Of a stretch of DNA of 24,000 nucleotides, positions 15,709 to 24,000 are shown one piece after another (the stretch's first letter is position 1; each line of letters opens with the position of its first letter). The notes below the pieces were generated by a model that had not been told where the DNA came from, ran no database searches, and saw nothing but the letters and a program-made list of their open reading frames with translations. Source of the DNA: an uncultured Chloroflexia bacterium (GTDB lineage: Bacteria > Chloroflexota > Ktedonobacteria > Ktedonobacterales > JADMIN01). The translations under genes and the position numbers were made by a program. The DNA lies in NCBI GenBank assembly GCA_963810535.1, contig CAWENW010000027.1, forward strand, positions 11,176 through 35,175. Direction: 5' to 3'.

Positions 15709-16900
15709 ATGTTTTTCCTGCACCTGCTGGTGGCGGTGATCTCAGTCCTCCTGATCGCCGTGATTCTCTGGGACGTGTTCGAGACGGTCGTGTTGCCTCG
15801 TCGGGTAACCCGGAGGTTTCGCCTGACGAACATGTACGCTCGTAGCACATGGAGTGTATACAGGTTTGCGGCCAGACGCTTGAGCGCGATCGGGCGCCGC
15901 GAGTCCGTCCTTGCAGCATATGGTCCGCTGACATTACTCTCACTACTTGGGATGTGGGCGACCTTCTTGATTGTTGCTTATGCGCTGCTTCTATGGGGAG
16001 TAGGCTCACCGCTGGTCTCCGGCGGCGGCCCGGCTGGGCTAGGCACCGATCTCTACTTTAGCGGTACCACCTTCCTCACACTTGGGACTTGGAGATGTGC
16101 TGCCTCATGCGAACAGCTCCCGGCTCATCACCGTTGCCGAGGTGGGCACCGGCTTCGGCGTCCTGGCGCTGGTCATCGGGTACCTACCCATACTGTACCA
16201 GGCATTCTCACGCCGGGAAGTGAATATCTCGTTACTCGACGGTCACGCCGGGTCGCCGCCGTCCGCCGGTGCTTTACTCAGCCGCCAGCCGCCAGATCGG
16301 CGAGCCAGCAGACTGTCTAAAGTGCTGGCCGACTGGGAAGGCTGGTCGGCGGAGCTGCTGGAGACTCACCTCTCCTATCCGCTGCTGGCCTACTACCGAT
16401 CACAGCATGAGGACCAGTCCTGGGTAGCCGGTCTCACCATGATACTGGATACCTGCTCCCTGGTGCTGGCTTTCGCGGAGAGTCTCGACCTGGATGAGGA
16501 GCTCACTGAGCAGGCTGCCTTTACATTCGCCATGGCGCGCCATGCTGCCGCCGACCTCGCACGGGTCTTCGGCTCTGACGAGGAGGGCCGAGCGGCGGCC
16601 AGCCTTCGCCTTCCCGTGGAGGAACGTCACCGTGTTCGCGCGCTACTGCTCGGATGTGGAGTACGGGCTGGTTCCGAGCAAGACAGAGTAGAGGGAAAGC
16701 TGGACGAGCTGCGGGAATTATACGAGCCCTACGTCGCCGACCTGGCAGCGTACCTCTTGATGCCCTTACCACCTTGGGCGCCGCCTTCTACCGCCCTCGA
16801 CGACTGGCAGACCACCGCCGACGGCCGGACCGCCCCATCGATAGCTTCCTTGAGTTCTCAGAAGCGCTCTCCGAAGTACTCCAGCCCTATAGGTCGGTGA
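15709..16900 (+). pseudogene. two-TM potassium-channel-like protein with a C-terminal cytoplasmic domain, split by a +1 frameshift at ~16087
   Basis: ORFs 15709..16320 and 16082..16900 join as ...DLYFSGTTFLTLG|LGDVLPHANSSRLITVAEVGTGFGVLALVIGYLP... This restores a TxGxGD selectivity-filter-like signature (TLGLGD). One extra base sits in CTTGGGACTTGG. GGAAGGAAG precedes ATG 15709. Confidence 0.75.
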
Positions 16901-16912
16901 ATCCAGCGGAGT

Positions 16913-16941
16913 CTCAGCAGTTTCTGGGGAACACTGCTGAG
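16913..16941 (+). terminator. possible terminator hairpin after the channel gene
   Basis: An 8-bp stem, CTCAGCAG/CTGCTGAG, with a 13-nt loop lies 13 nt after the stop. It is followed by a T-containing but not T-rich tail (CTTGACTTTCC). Confidence 0.3.
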
Positions 16942-17169
16942 CTTGACTTTCCAGCCACACTGTGAATAAGTTTCCTTGGTGCGTTTGTCGGCGCAGCCAG
17001 CACATGTAAAAGAATTGCTGCTCGGGACCACCGGATCAATGTGGATCACCATGTATGGATATGGATCAGTGTGTGTGGACACCAATAGATGTTGGCCCAG
17101 ATTGATTCGTTCTTGAAGAAGACGGTGTTCGATTCACGTAGACATGTGAAGAGATCACAGGACAATGTT

Positions 17170-17205
17170 GCCCGCAGGACCATGAGTCTCGCGGGCTTTT
17201 TCTTT
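17170..17205 (+). terminator. intrinsic-terminator-like hairpin plus T-tract inside the leader of the HAD gene
   Basis: The stem GCCCGC...GCGGGC is extended by GGAC/GTCT pairing, with a 5-nt loop. TTTTTCTTT (17197-17205) follows immediately. It lies ~100 nt upstream of ATG 17305. Confidence 0.35.
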
Positions 17206-17304
17206 GCCCGCTGTACCGGCCGTATTTCAGCGCCGGACGGTTCAAAAGCGATCACGAGGGCGGCGGAGATCCCGCCGCGTAACGATACAGACAAGGAGAC
17301 TACA

Positions 17305-18165
17305 ATGGAATACCTCGCTGAGACGAACGACGACATCACACCTGAACGAGTTGAGGCCGATGCCTTCCTGATGGATATGGACGGCGTACTGGTCCGAGGC
17401 GCGAACGTAATACCGGGAGCGGTGGAGTTCATTGCCCGGCTGCGCGCTCTGGGGAAGCCGTTCCTCATTCTCACCAACAACTCCATGTATACACCACGCG
17501 ACCTACAAGCGCGTCTCGCTCATATCGGGCTCGATGTTCCGCCGGAGGCCCTCTACACGTCGGCGCTGGCCACCGCCCAGTTCCTGCATCGGCAGTGTCC
17601 GAGCGGCAGAGCCTACGTCATCGGTGAGGCCGGTCTGACAACCGCGCTCCATGACGTCGATTACGTGTTGACTGAGCAGGACCCCGACTACGTGGTGCTG
17701 GGTGAGACCCACTCCTACAGCTTTCAGAGGCTGGCGCAGGCTATACGCCTGGTGGCCGCGGGTGCGCGTTTTATCGCCACCAATCCCGACGTCGTCGGTC
17801 CGGCGGAAGAGGGTCTGGTGCCGGCTACCGGCGCGTTAGCCGCGCTAATTGCCGAGGCGACTGGCGTACGTCCCTATTTTGTGGGAAAGCCCAATCCCTT
17901 GATGATTCGGTCGGCGCTACGCCAGATCGGAGCACATTCGGAGACCGCCATCATGATCGGCGACCGGATGGATACCGACATCGTCGCTGGAACCGAGGCG
18001 GGCATGCCGACCGTTCTGGTCCTCAGCGGCGTGACTCGGCCGGAACAGGTGGAGCGCTTCCCCTACCGACCTACCCTCATAGTCGATTCAGTGGCGAATA
18101 TCGATCCCGCTGGCCGGACACTGGCGGGCGACATTCGACAGAATCGCATTGCGCTGGCCAGGTGA
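17305..18165 (+). CDS. HAD-IIA family sugar/nucleotide phosphatase (NagD-like)
   Basis: Motif I is FLMDMDGVL, motif II is ILTNNS, and motifs III-IV are VGKPN and [13 protein letters not shown] 17305 follows AAGGAG. ORF-track start 17089 is an over-extension. Confidence 0.85.
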   Translation: MEYLAETNDDITPERVEADAFLMDMDGVLVRGANVIPGAVEFIARLRALGKPFLILTNNSMYTPRDLQARLAHIGLDVPPEALYTSALATAQFLHRQCPSGRAYVIGEAGLTTALHDVDYVLTEQDPDYVVLGETHSYSFQRLAQAIRLVAAGARFIATNPDVVGPAEEGLVPATGALAALIAEATGVRPYFVGKPNPLMIRSALRQIGAHSETAIMIGDRMDTDIVAGTEAGMPTVLVLSGVTRPEQVERFPYRPTLIVDSVANIDPAGRTLAGDIRQNRIALAR

Positions 18166-18461
18166 GCGAGAGAGCGGGAGCCGCGTACTTCTGGCGAGAG
18201 CACCGTGGGACGACGACGAGCAGCCTATCCGAGCCCGCCCGCCTCGCACGATAGTGTCGAATAGAAATCGGCGATTCGACATGAGAACATTTGCCAAGAC
18301 TTATGTCGCACCATTGTAGGTCACGGTGCCAGGTTATGATATGCTTGGCTCGAGGTGAGGAGTCGGACGGCGGAAAGCGAGAGTCGCGCCATGGGCGTAT
18401 CAGAAGTTGAGCGACAGGACCGGCTAGTAGCAGTAGAGGAACCAATTACCGCCCTGGGTTC

Positions 18462-19256
18462 GTGCCGCCCGCCTGGCTGATGATTTCCTTGGCCGTTGGC
18501 TACCTCGTAGCTCTGGCACTTCTCGCTTTTCTTCCTGGAGCAACGCTGATCGAACGGCTGCGCGCTCTTGACGGCGGTATCTGCGCTCAGCTTCCCACTC
18601 ACTCGTTCTGGCCGGGAGGTCAGCAGCTACCGCTTTGCTCTCGCAACACCGGTATCTACAGCGGTTTCAGCGCTACCTTCCTGGTTCTCGGGTTGACCGG
18701 CCGGTTGCGATCTTCGAGCTTGCCCGGCCGCTGGGTTCTAGTGCTTCTGGGGGCCGCGGTGCTCTTCATGGCCGAAGACGGGTTAAACTCCTTTATTCTC
18801 GATCTTGGCCTGCCGCACCTGTACCAACCGAATAATTTCTTGCGGCTGGCTACCGGTCTTGGCACGGGAGTCGCGATGTGCGCTATCATCGTGCCGGTAG
18901 CCAATGCCCTCATATGGAAATATGATGATCTGCGGCCCACGTTTCGATCGCTCTCGGAGCTCGCGATCATGGTGCCGGCTCTGCTGTTGATATTTGTCTC
19001 GGTCAGCTCCACGATTTACCCTGAGTTCGGCTTTCTGCTCTATCCCATAGCCATCTTCAGCACGTTTGGGCTGGTCATGGCACTCACATTGGTCAATGTT
19101 GTCTTTGTGCTCGGGGTAACCAACCAGGTTGGCCGTTTTTCCTTCTGGCGTCAGCTCTTTCCCTTCTTGACGGTCTCGGTCATCCTCGCGGTTCTCGAAC
19201 TGATGGCCCTGTTCTCTCTGAAGACCGCCGTACTAGCCGCGCTAGCTCGAGCCTAG
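18462..19256 (+). CDS. DUF2085-like polytopic membrane protein
   Basis: GGICAQLPTHSF...LPLCSRNTGIYSGF matches the DUF2085 Cys/His loop, followed by multiple TM helices. The start is ambiguous (GTG 18462 or ATG 18480) and there is no clear RBS. Confidence 0.7.
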   Translation: MPPAWLMISLAVGYLVALALLAFLPGATLIERLRALDGGICAQLPTHSFWPGGQQLPLCSRNTGIYSGFSATFLVLGLTGRLRSSSLPGRWVLVLLGAAVLFMAEDGLNSFILDLGLPHLYQPNNFLRLATGLGTGVAMCAIIVPVANALIWKYDDLRPTFRSLSELAIMVPALLLIFVSVSSTIYPEFGFLLYPIAIFSTFGLVMALTLVNVVFVLGVTNQVGRFSFWRQLFPFLTVSVILAVLELMALFSLKTAVLAALARA

Positions 19257-19348
19257 CCGGCGCCGACTTTTTGCTTCGAAATAGACCGCGCTTGCTACCA
19301 ATTCGCCATGCCTCGCTGGAGCCGTGACCTACCTGGCCGCGCAGCGCC

Positions 19349-19377
19349 TTGCTGATGCCGTGGCCATGGGTTATACT
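19349..19377 (+). promoter_or_regulatory. sigma70-like promoter candidate for the 19447 gene
   Basis: TTGCTG (19349-19354), a 17-nt spacer, then TATACT (19372-19377), ~70 nt upstream of the ATG. Confidence 0.35.
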
Positions 19378-19446
19378 TTGTTTTAGGGGGATGCCAGTCC
19401 GGCACTGTCGTATACCAAGGAAGTATGCTCGGGCAGGAGAATCTTT

Positions 19447-19977
19447 ATGCCAAACAAATATGAGCGCGAGATTGAAGAGATTCTCAGGAACTTGGATCGA
19501 CCGGAACCAAAGCCGGGGCTGGGCAGCCGCATTCGCGCGTTTAACCGGCCGCGCCCCAAGCGTGCGCGACGCGCCTGGGAATTTGGTCTTTCGGCCTCCG
19601 AGATGTTCTTACTGGCCGGCATTCTGGTCATTTTGCTTGCAGCCGGACTCGCCTTTTTTTGGTTTGGCCGCCAGCCCAGTTTTCTCTTCGACACTCCTCT
19701 GGTTGGCTGGATATCCCTTTTGGGGTTCGCGCTGTTTGTGGTCGGATTGGTGGTTGGTTGGCGGTATGGCGGTTCCTCCGGTCGCGCAAGCGGTATAGTC
19801 CGGCGAAGCACTACCTATACCAGCTCCACCACCAGTACTCCGGCTGACGTTAACGTGGTTAGGCTCAATTCCCACAGAGGCCACAATCCATTCAGCGCGG
19901 TTGCCACTCAGTTTCGCATTCTCCGCCTCAAAATGCGATACCAGCGTCTACGTGACCACGAAAACGACGTTGAGTAG
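19447..19977 (+). CDS. hypothetical membrane protein (charged N-terminus, two TM helices)
   Basis: 176-aa ORF. AGGAG lies 7 nt upstream of the ATG. Two clear hydrophobic helices are present (MFLLAGILVILLAAGLAFFWF, ISLLGFALFVVGLVVGW). Confidence 0.65.
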   Translation: MPNKYEREIEEILRNLDRPEPKPGLGSRIRAFNRPRPKRARRAWEFGLSASEMFLLAGILVILLAAGLAFFWFGRQPSFLFDTPLVGWISLLGFALFVVGLVVGWRYGGSSGRASGIVRRSTTYTSSTTSTPADVNVVRLNSHRGHNPFSAVATQFRILRLKMRYQRLRDHENDVE

Positions 19978-20224
19978 CGCCGTCACGCCATCCGCGTGAT
20001 ACACCGGCCCGTGGCACGGCGCCTACCCGGCAACTTCTGCCGCTCACTTTCGTATTCACCTGTAGCAGCGGCATGTCTATGCCTCTCATAAGGAGGTTAC
20101 CGGCTCGCGCTGGGTACCCGACTTGCCTGAGGCGTGGATACGAGAGCGGAAGTGCCCCTCCGCCACACGTCACACGCGTAGAGTGATCACACTACCGAGC
20201 TAAGACGATGAGGAGCCAAAAGCA

Positions 20225-20665
20225 ATGAGTGAGCCGTACGGTATGGAGTATCCAACCGCGCAATGGGGTAATGGTGACGATGAGTTCCGGCCACCCTATA
20301 CGCAAGATCCACCGCAGATGCAGCAGATGCCGCCTCCCTACCCTCCCTATGCCCCACCAACCGTGGCCGGCACTCCCGGAAGTGCGTCGCCCGGAGTTCA
20401 GCCCGTCTATGTTCCCTATCCGGTAGCTGCGCCGGGATCGGCGCCAGGCGACGGTATGGCGCTTACCAGCATGATTCTGGGGATAGTGAGCGCCGCCCTC
20501 GGCTGGATTCCTCTATGTGGGATCGTCGTCCTGGCTCCAGCTATCATCGGAATTGTGCTGGGTGCGCTTGGGCTCAAGTCCCCGCACCGCCGAGGCATGG
20601 CCATCGCGGGCATCATTCTTTCAGTCGTGGGAATCGCCGCCGGAACATTCTTCCTATGGATATGA
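20225..20665 (+). CDS. DUF4190-like small membrane protein with a proline-rich N-terminus
   Basis: A P/Q/Y-rich N-terminal ~70 aa is followed by LTSMILGIVSAALGWIPLCGIV...GIVLGALGLK...GMAIAGIILSVVGI, typical of DUF4190. GAGGAG lies upstream of the ATG. Confidence 0.75.
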   Translation: MSEPYGMEYPTAQWGNGDDEFRPPYTQDPPQMQQMPPPYPPYAPPTVAGTPGSASPGVQPVYVPYPVAAPGSAPGDGMALTSMILGIVSAALGWIPLCGIVVLAPAIIGIVLGALGLKSPHRRGMAIAGIILSVVGIAAGTFFLWI

Positions 20666-20705
20666 CAACGCCGCCCGTGGACGTGGGCTCCTGGTCCGGC
20701 TCAGC

Positions 20706-20735
20706 TTGACATAGGTGGGACAAGCGTTCTATACT
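20706..20735 (+). promoter_or_regulatory. near-consensus sigma70-type promoter upstream of uvrA
   Basis: TTGACA (20706-20711), an 18-nt spacer, then TATACT (20730-20735), ~150 nt upstream of the uvrA ATG. Confidence 0.45.
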
Positions 20736-20885
20736 TAAGTCTATGTTTGTCCCAACTTAGCGCCGGCGATCGCATAGATGCGTCGGCGCTCGTCTTGCCT
20801 TATCAATCAAACCGCAGCGTGGTCTCTTCGTTTTTCTTCGTTTTACCCGGATAGACTGCGCTGGACCTACTCATAGAGATTTCAT

Positions 20886-23800
20886 ATGCCTCAGGACCGT
20901 ATTGTCGTTCGTGGCGCGCGCGAACACAATCTCAAGAATATCGACGTGGTTATTCCACGCGACAAGTTGGTGGTCATCACCGGGCTTTCCGGCTCAGGGA
21001 AGAGCAGCCTGGCATTCGACACCATCTTTGCCGAGGGACAGCGGCGCTATGTTGAGTCGCTCTCCTCCTATGCTCGTCAGTTTCTCGGTCAGATGGATAA
21101 GCCCGATGTAGACCATATCGACGGTCTATCGCCGGCAATCTCCATCGATCAGAAGAGCACCTCACGCAACCCTCGCTCGACCGTGGGTACGGTTACCGAG
21201 ATCTCCGACTACATGCGTCTTCTCTTTGCCCGCGTCGGTCACCCACACTGTCCGAACTGTGGGCGAGAGATAAGCCGGCAATCGGTGGAGCAAATCGTGG
21301 ATGCCATTACCGGCATGCCGGACGGCACGCGATTACTGCTGCTGGCTCCACTGGTACGCGCTCGCAAGGGGGAGTACAAGAACGTCTTCGAGGACATGAG
21401 GCGTGCCGGTTATGTGCGGGTTCGGGTAGATAATGAAGTACGTGACCTCAGCGACACCATCGAGCTCGATCGGTATAAGCAACATACCATCGAGGTTGTC
21501 GTCGATCGACTCGTCATACGTCATGCCGGATCCGACGGTGCGCTTACCGGCCAGCCGGCGTCTCCGCTCAGCCTGGTCGCCGAGCAGCCGGCTACCTATG
21601 ACACAGCCAAGGATGGCGTTCAGGATCCAGAAGCTAACCAGCGCACGCGAGTGGCCGACTCGGTGGAGACCACGCTCAAGCTGGGAAACGGTATCGTGCT
21701 CGTGAGCGTGATAGGCGGCGAGGAGCGACTCTATTCTGAACACTTTGCCTGTGTCTACTGCGGCATCAGTCTTGAGGAGATCGAGCCGCGCAGCTTCAGC
21801 TTCAACAACCCTAAGGGAGCGTGTCCAGAATGTACCGGTCTTGGCACCAAGCTGGAGGTTGACGAAGACTTGGTAGTCACCAACCCAGATCTCAGTATCA
21901 ACGAGGGGGCGCTTGCCCATTGGAGCCGTGTCGCCAGCGCCAGTCAGTGGTACGCGGCGATGCTGGACGCGGTGGCCGAGCATGAGGGATTTAGTCTGGA
22001 TACTCCCTGGAAGGATCTTAGCGACCGAGCCCATGACGTGGTGCTGCATGGAGCACACGACGAGGTCACTTTCTACTATCGCAATCGCCACGGAACTCGC
22101 CGGCAACATGAGATCGAGTTCGAAGGGCTGGTACCGTATCTAGAGCGTCGGTTCAAAGAGGCCTCGGAGGGTGGTCGAGAGGATCTGGCACAGTATATGT
22201 CGGCGCGCCCCTGCCCGCTCTGCCATGGTACCCGGCTGCGTAAGGAGAGCCTGGCAGTGACTGTCGGGGGTAGCAACATCGTAGAAGTCGGCAATCTCTC
22301 GATCGCTGGCACCTTGCACTTTTTCGAGGCTATCGCCTCTCAGCCTGGGGGAGGTAACCCAAGGACGCCTGCTGGCAAAGGTGGCGAGGCGCTGGCGCTG
22401 GTACCACTGACGGAGCGGGAGCAGGTCATCGCCTCGCAAATTCTCAAGGAGATACGCGCTCGGCTCGGATTTCTGGTAGATGTCGGTCTCAACTACCTGT
22501 CAATTAACCGCTCGGCGACGACCCTCTCTGGCGGAGAGGCGCAACGCATTCGACTGGCTACACAGATAGGCTCAAGCCTCATGGGCGTCTTGTATATTCT
22601 CGACGAGCCCAGCATCGGCTTGCATCAGCGCGATAATGCCCGCCTCATTCAGACGTTGCATCATCTGCGGGACCTGGGCAATACGCTGCTGGTCGTCGAG
22701 CACGACGAGGACACGATGCGGGCCTCTGACCATATCATCGACATCGGTCCGGGCGCCGGCGAGCACGGTGGCTACGTGGTCGCGGAAGGCACCCTTGACG
22801 AGATCGTCGCCAACCCTGCGTCACTGACCGGCCAGTATTTATCGGGAAAGCACCAGATACCGGTACCGGAAAGACGCCGTGAGGGAAACGGTCGATCGCT
22901 GACTATTCGAGGGGCGCGCGAGAACAACTTGAAGAATATCGACGTCGAGCTACCGCTGGGCAAATTGATCGTGGTCACCGGCGTCTCCGGCTCGGGCAAG
23001 AGCTCGTTGATCAATGAGATACTCTACAAGGCCCTAGCAAACAAGCTAAACCGTGCCCACGTTCATCCTGGGGATTTCGACGCCATCGAGGGACTTGATG
23101 CGCTTGATAAAGTAATTGACATCGACCAGTCGCCGATCGGCAGGACGCCGCGCTCAAATCCCGCGACCTACACTGGGGCGTTTACGCCGATACGCGAGCT
23201 ATTTGCCCAAGTTCCCGAGGCCCGGCTACGCGGGTACAAGGCCGGGCGCTTTTCCTTCAACGTCAAAGGCGGCCGCTGCGAAGTTTGCAAGGGTGAAGGA
23301 ATGCTCACCATAGAAATGAACTTTCTGCCAGATGTCTACGTCCCGTGCGAAGTCTGCAAGGGAAAGCGATATAACCGCGAGGCGCTGGAAATCCATTACA
23401 AAGGCAAGAGCATTTCCGATGTCCTAGATATGACAGTTGAGGAAGCAAGCGGCATCTTTGACGCTATTCCCTCGCTGTCCAATAAGTTTGGTACCCTTAC
23501 CGCGGTGGGGCTCGGGTACATTCGTCTAGGGCAACCGGCAACAACCCTGTCGGGAGGAGAAGCTCAACGAATCAAACTCGCATCCGAGCTGTCTCGCCGG
23601 GCAACCGGGCGAACCATGTACATACTTGACGAGCCTACCACCGGACTTCATTTTGCCGACGTCTCGCGGCTGCTCGAAGTTCTGCAGCGGCTGGTGGATG
23701 CTGGTAATACGGTTGTGGTCATCGAGCACAATCTGGATGTCGTCAAGTCGGCTGACTGGCTGATCGACCTCGGGCCCGAGGGCGGGGACCGCGGAGGCGA

Positions 23801-23900
23801 GATCATCGCGGTAGGAGCGCCGGAGCAGGTCGCCGCCGAGCCTCGCTCCTATACTGGAGCGTTTCTAGCCCGCGTGCTGCAGGTTCCCGTGGCATTGTAA
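20886..23900 (+). CDS. uvrA: excinuclease ABC subunit A
   Basis: 1004 aa. The start [16 protein letters not shown] is canonical. Two Walker A sites ([18 protein letters not shown]), two ABC signatures (LSGGEAQRI twice) and the zinc-finger CxxC pairs are present. Confidence 0.97.
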   Translation: MPQDRIVVRGAREHNLKNIDVVIPRDKLVVITGLSGSGKSSLAFDTIFAEGQRRYVESLSSYARQFLGQMDKPDVDHIDGLSPAISIDQKSTSRNPRSTVGTVTEISDYMRLLFARVGHPHCPNCGREISRQSVEQIVDAITGMPDGTRLLLLAPLVRARKGEYKNVFEDMRRAGYVRVRVDNEVRDLSDTIELDRYKQHTIEVVVDRLVIRHAGSDGALTGQPASPLSLVAEQPATYDTAKDGVQDPEANQRTRVADSVETTLKLGNGIVLVSVIGGEERLYSEHFACVYCGISLEEIEPRSFSFNNPKGACPECTGLGTKLEVDEDLVVTNPDLSINEGALAHWSRVASASQWYAAMLDAVAEHEGFSLDTPWKDLSDRAHDVVLHGAHDEVTFYYRNRHGTRRQHEIEFEGLVPYLERRFKEASEGGREDLAQYMSARPCPLCHGTRLRKESLAVTVGGSNIVEVGNLSIAGTLHFFEAIASQPGGGNPRTPAGKGGEALALVPLTEREQVIASQILKEIRARLGFLVDVGLNYLSINRSATTLSGGEAQRIRLATQIGSSLMGVLYILDEPSIGLHQRDNARLIQTLHHLRDLGNTLLVVEHDEDTMRASDHIIDIGPGAGEHGGYVVAEGTLDEIVANPASLTGQYLSGKHQIPVPERRREGNGRSLTIRGARENNLKNIDVELPLGKLIVVTGVSGSGKSSLINEILYKALANKLNRAHVHPGDFDAIEGLDALDKVIDIDQSPIGRTPRSNPATYTGAFTPIRELFAQVPEARLRGYKAGRFSFNVKGGRCEVCKGEGMLTIEMNFLPDVYVPCEVCKGKRYNREALEIHYKGKSISDVLDMTVEEASGIFDAIPSLSNKFGTLTAVGLGYIRLGQPATTLSGGEAQRIKLASELSRRATGRTMYILDEPTTGLHFADVSRLLEVLQRLVDAGNTVVVIEHNLDVVKSADWLIDLGPEGGDRGGEIIAVGAPEQVAAEPRSYTGAFLARVLQVPVAL

Positions 23901-23918
23901 GCCTGGTGCCGCCGGGTT

Positions 23919-24000
23919 CAGCCGAGAAGCTCAAAGGTGATGATGTCGTCCCCCAACCGAAGCTCATCACCATGTTGCAACGGCATAGGACGCGCAACGC
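23919..24000 (-). CDS. 3' end of a minus-strand gene running off the window; FHA-domain-like C-terminus (partial)
   Basis: The reverse strand reads ...ARPMPLQHGDELRLGDDIITFELLG-stop (stop complement at 23919-23921). This resembles the last strands of FHA domains. Only ~27 codons are visible. Confidence 0.3.

Noticed and set aside
21333-22109. 258-aa minus-strand ORF. Similar cases: 3345..3992 (-), 5121..5834 (+), 1689..2198 (-), 10474..10926 (-)
   Set aside because: All overlap strongly supported genes (uvrA, GT2, GT87-like, kinase, methyltransferase) in antisense or alternative frames. They are typical spurious open frames of high-GC sequence.
21520-22400. Two low-complexity insertions in UvrA (around [38 protein letters not shown] and [19 protein letters not shown]) that make it 1004 aa
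   Set aside because: Lineage-specific surface-loop insertions are common in UvrA. All catalytic, zinc-finger and ABC motifs are intact, so nothing suggests a novel function.
1-24000. Search for a CRISPR array, cas1/cas2, TnpA/TnpB, integrase, or long terminal inverted or direct repeats bounding the IscB unit
   Set aside because: I could see no repeat-spacer periodicity, no Y1 or serine/tyrosine recombinase motifs, and no convincing matching end sequences by eye. The element boundaries cannot be set from a single copy.

Overview
GC-rich bacterial chromosomal segment. The zinc-ribbon/low-complexity membrane proteins and TATACT-type -10 boxes loosely suggest Chloroflexota/Ktedonobacteria, but that is a guess. 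Left to right: a minus-strand two-component operon (OmpR-type regulator, HAMP histidine kinase, hypothetical; 148-3034). Then a tightly coupled plus-strand envelope or small-molecule modification operon (3279-11060): GT2, DUF2064/TIGR04282-like transferase, DUF2029/GT87-like membrane transferase, membrane-anchored molybdopterin oxidoreductase, a PLP-aminotransferase::radical-SAM/SPASM fusion, and a SAM methyltransferase. The main item follows: a 477-nt structured non-coding leader (candidate omega-RNA/HEARO) and an intact 442-aa IscB RNA-guided nuclease (11538-12866). No TnpA, cas genes or CRISPR array are present. The IscB stop overlaps the start of a Fur-family regulator, and a Fur-box-like 27-nt palindrome sits just upstream of the leader. 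Downstream: two paralogous zinc-ribbon/TM/Ig-like proteins (one decayed), a frameshifted K+-channel-like gene, a HAD-IIA phosphatase, DUF2085 and DUF4190 membrane proteins, uvrA, and a partial FHA-like gene end. By eye, at least 8 disruptive lesions (7 single-base indels and 1 in-frame TAG) lie in four genes between 10.08 and 16.09 kb, on both sides of the IscB unit. The other large genes look intact.
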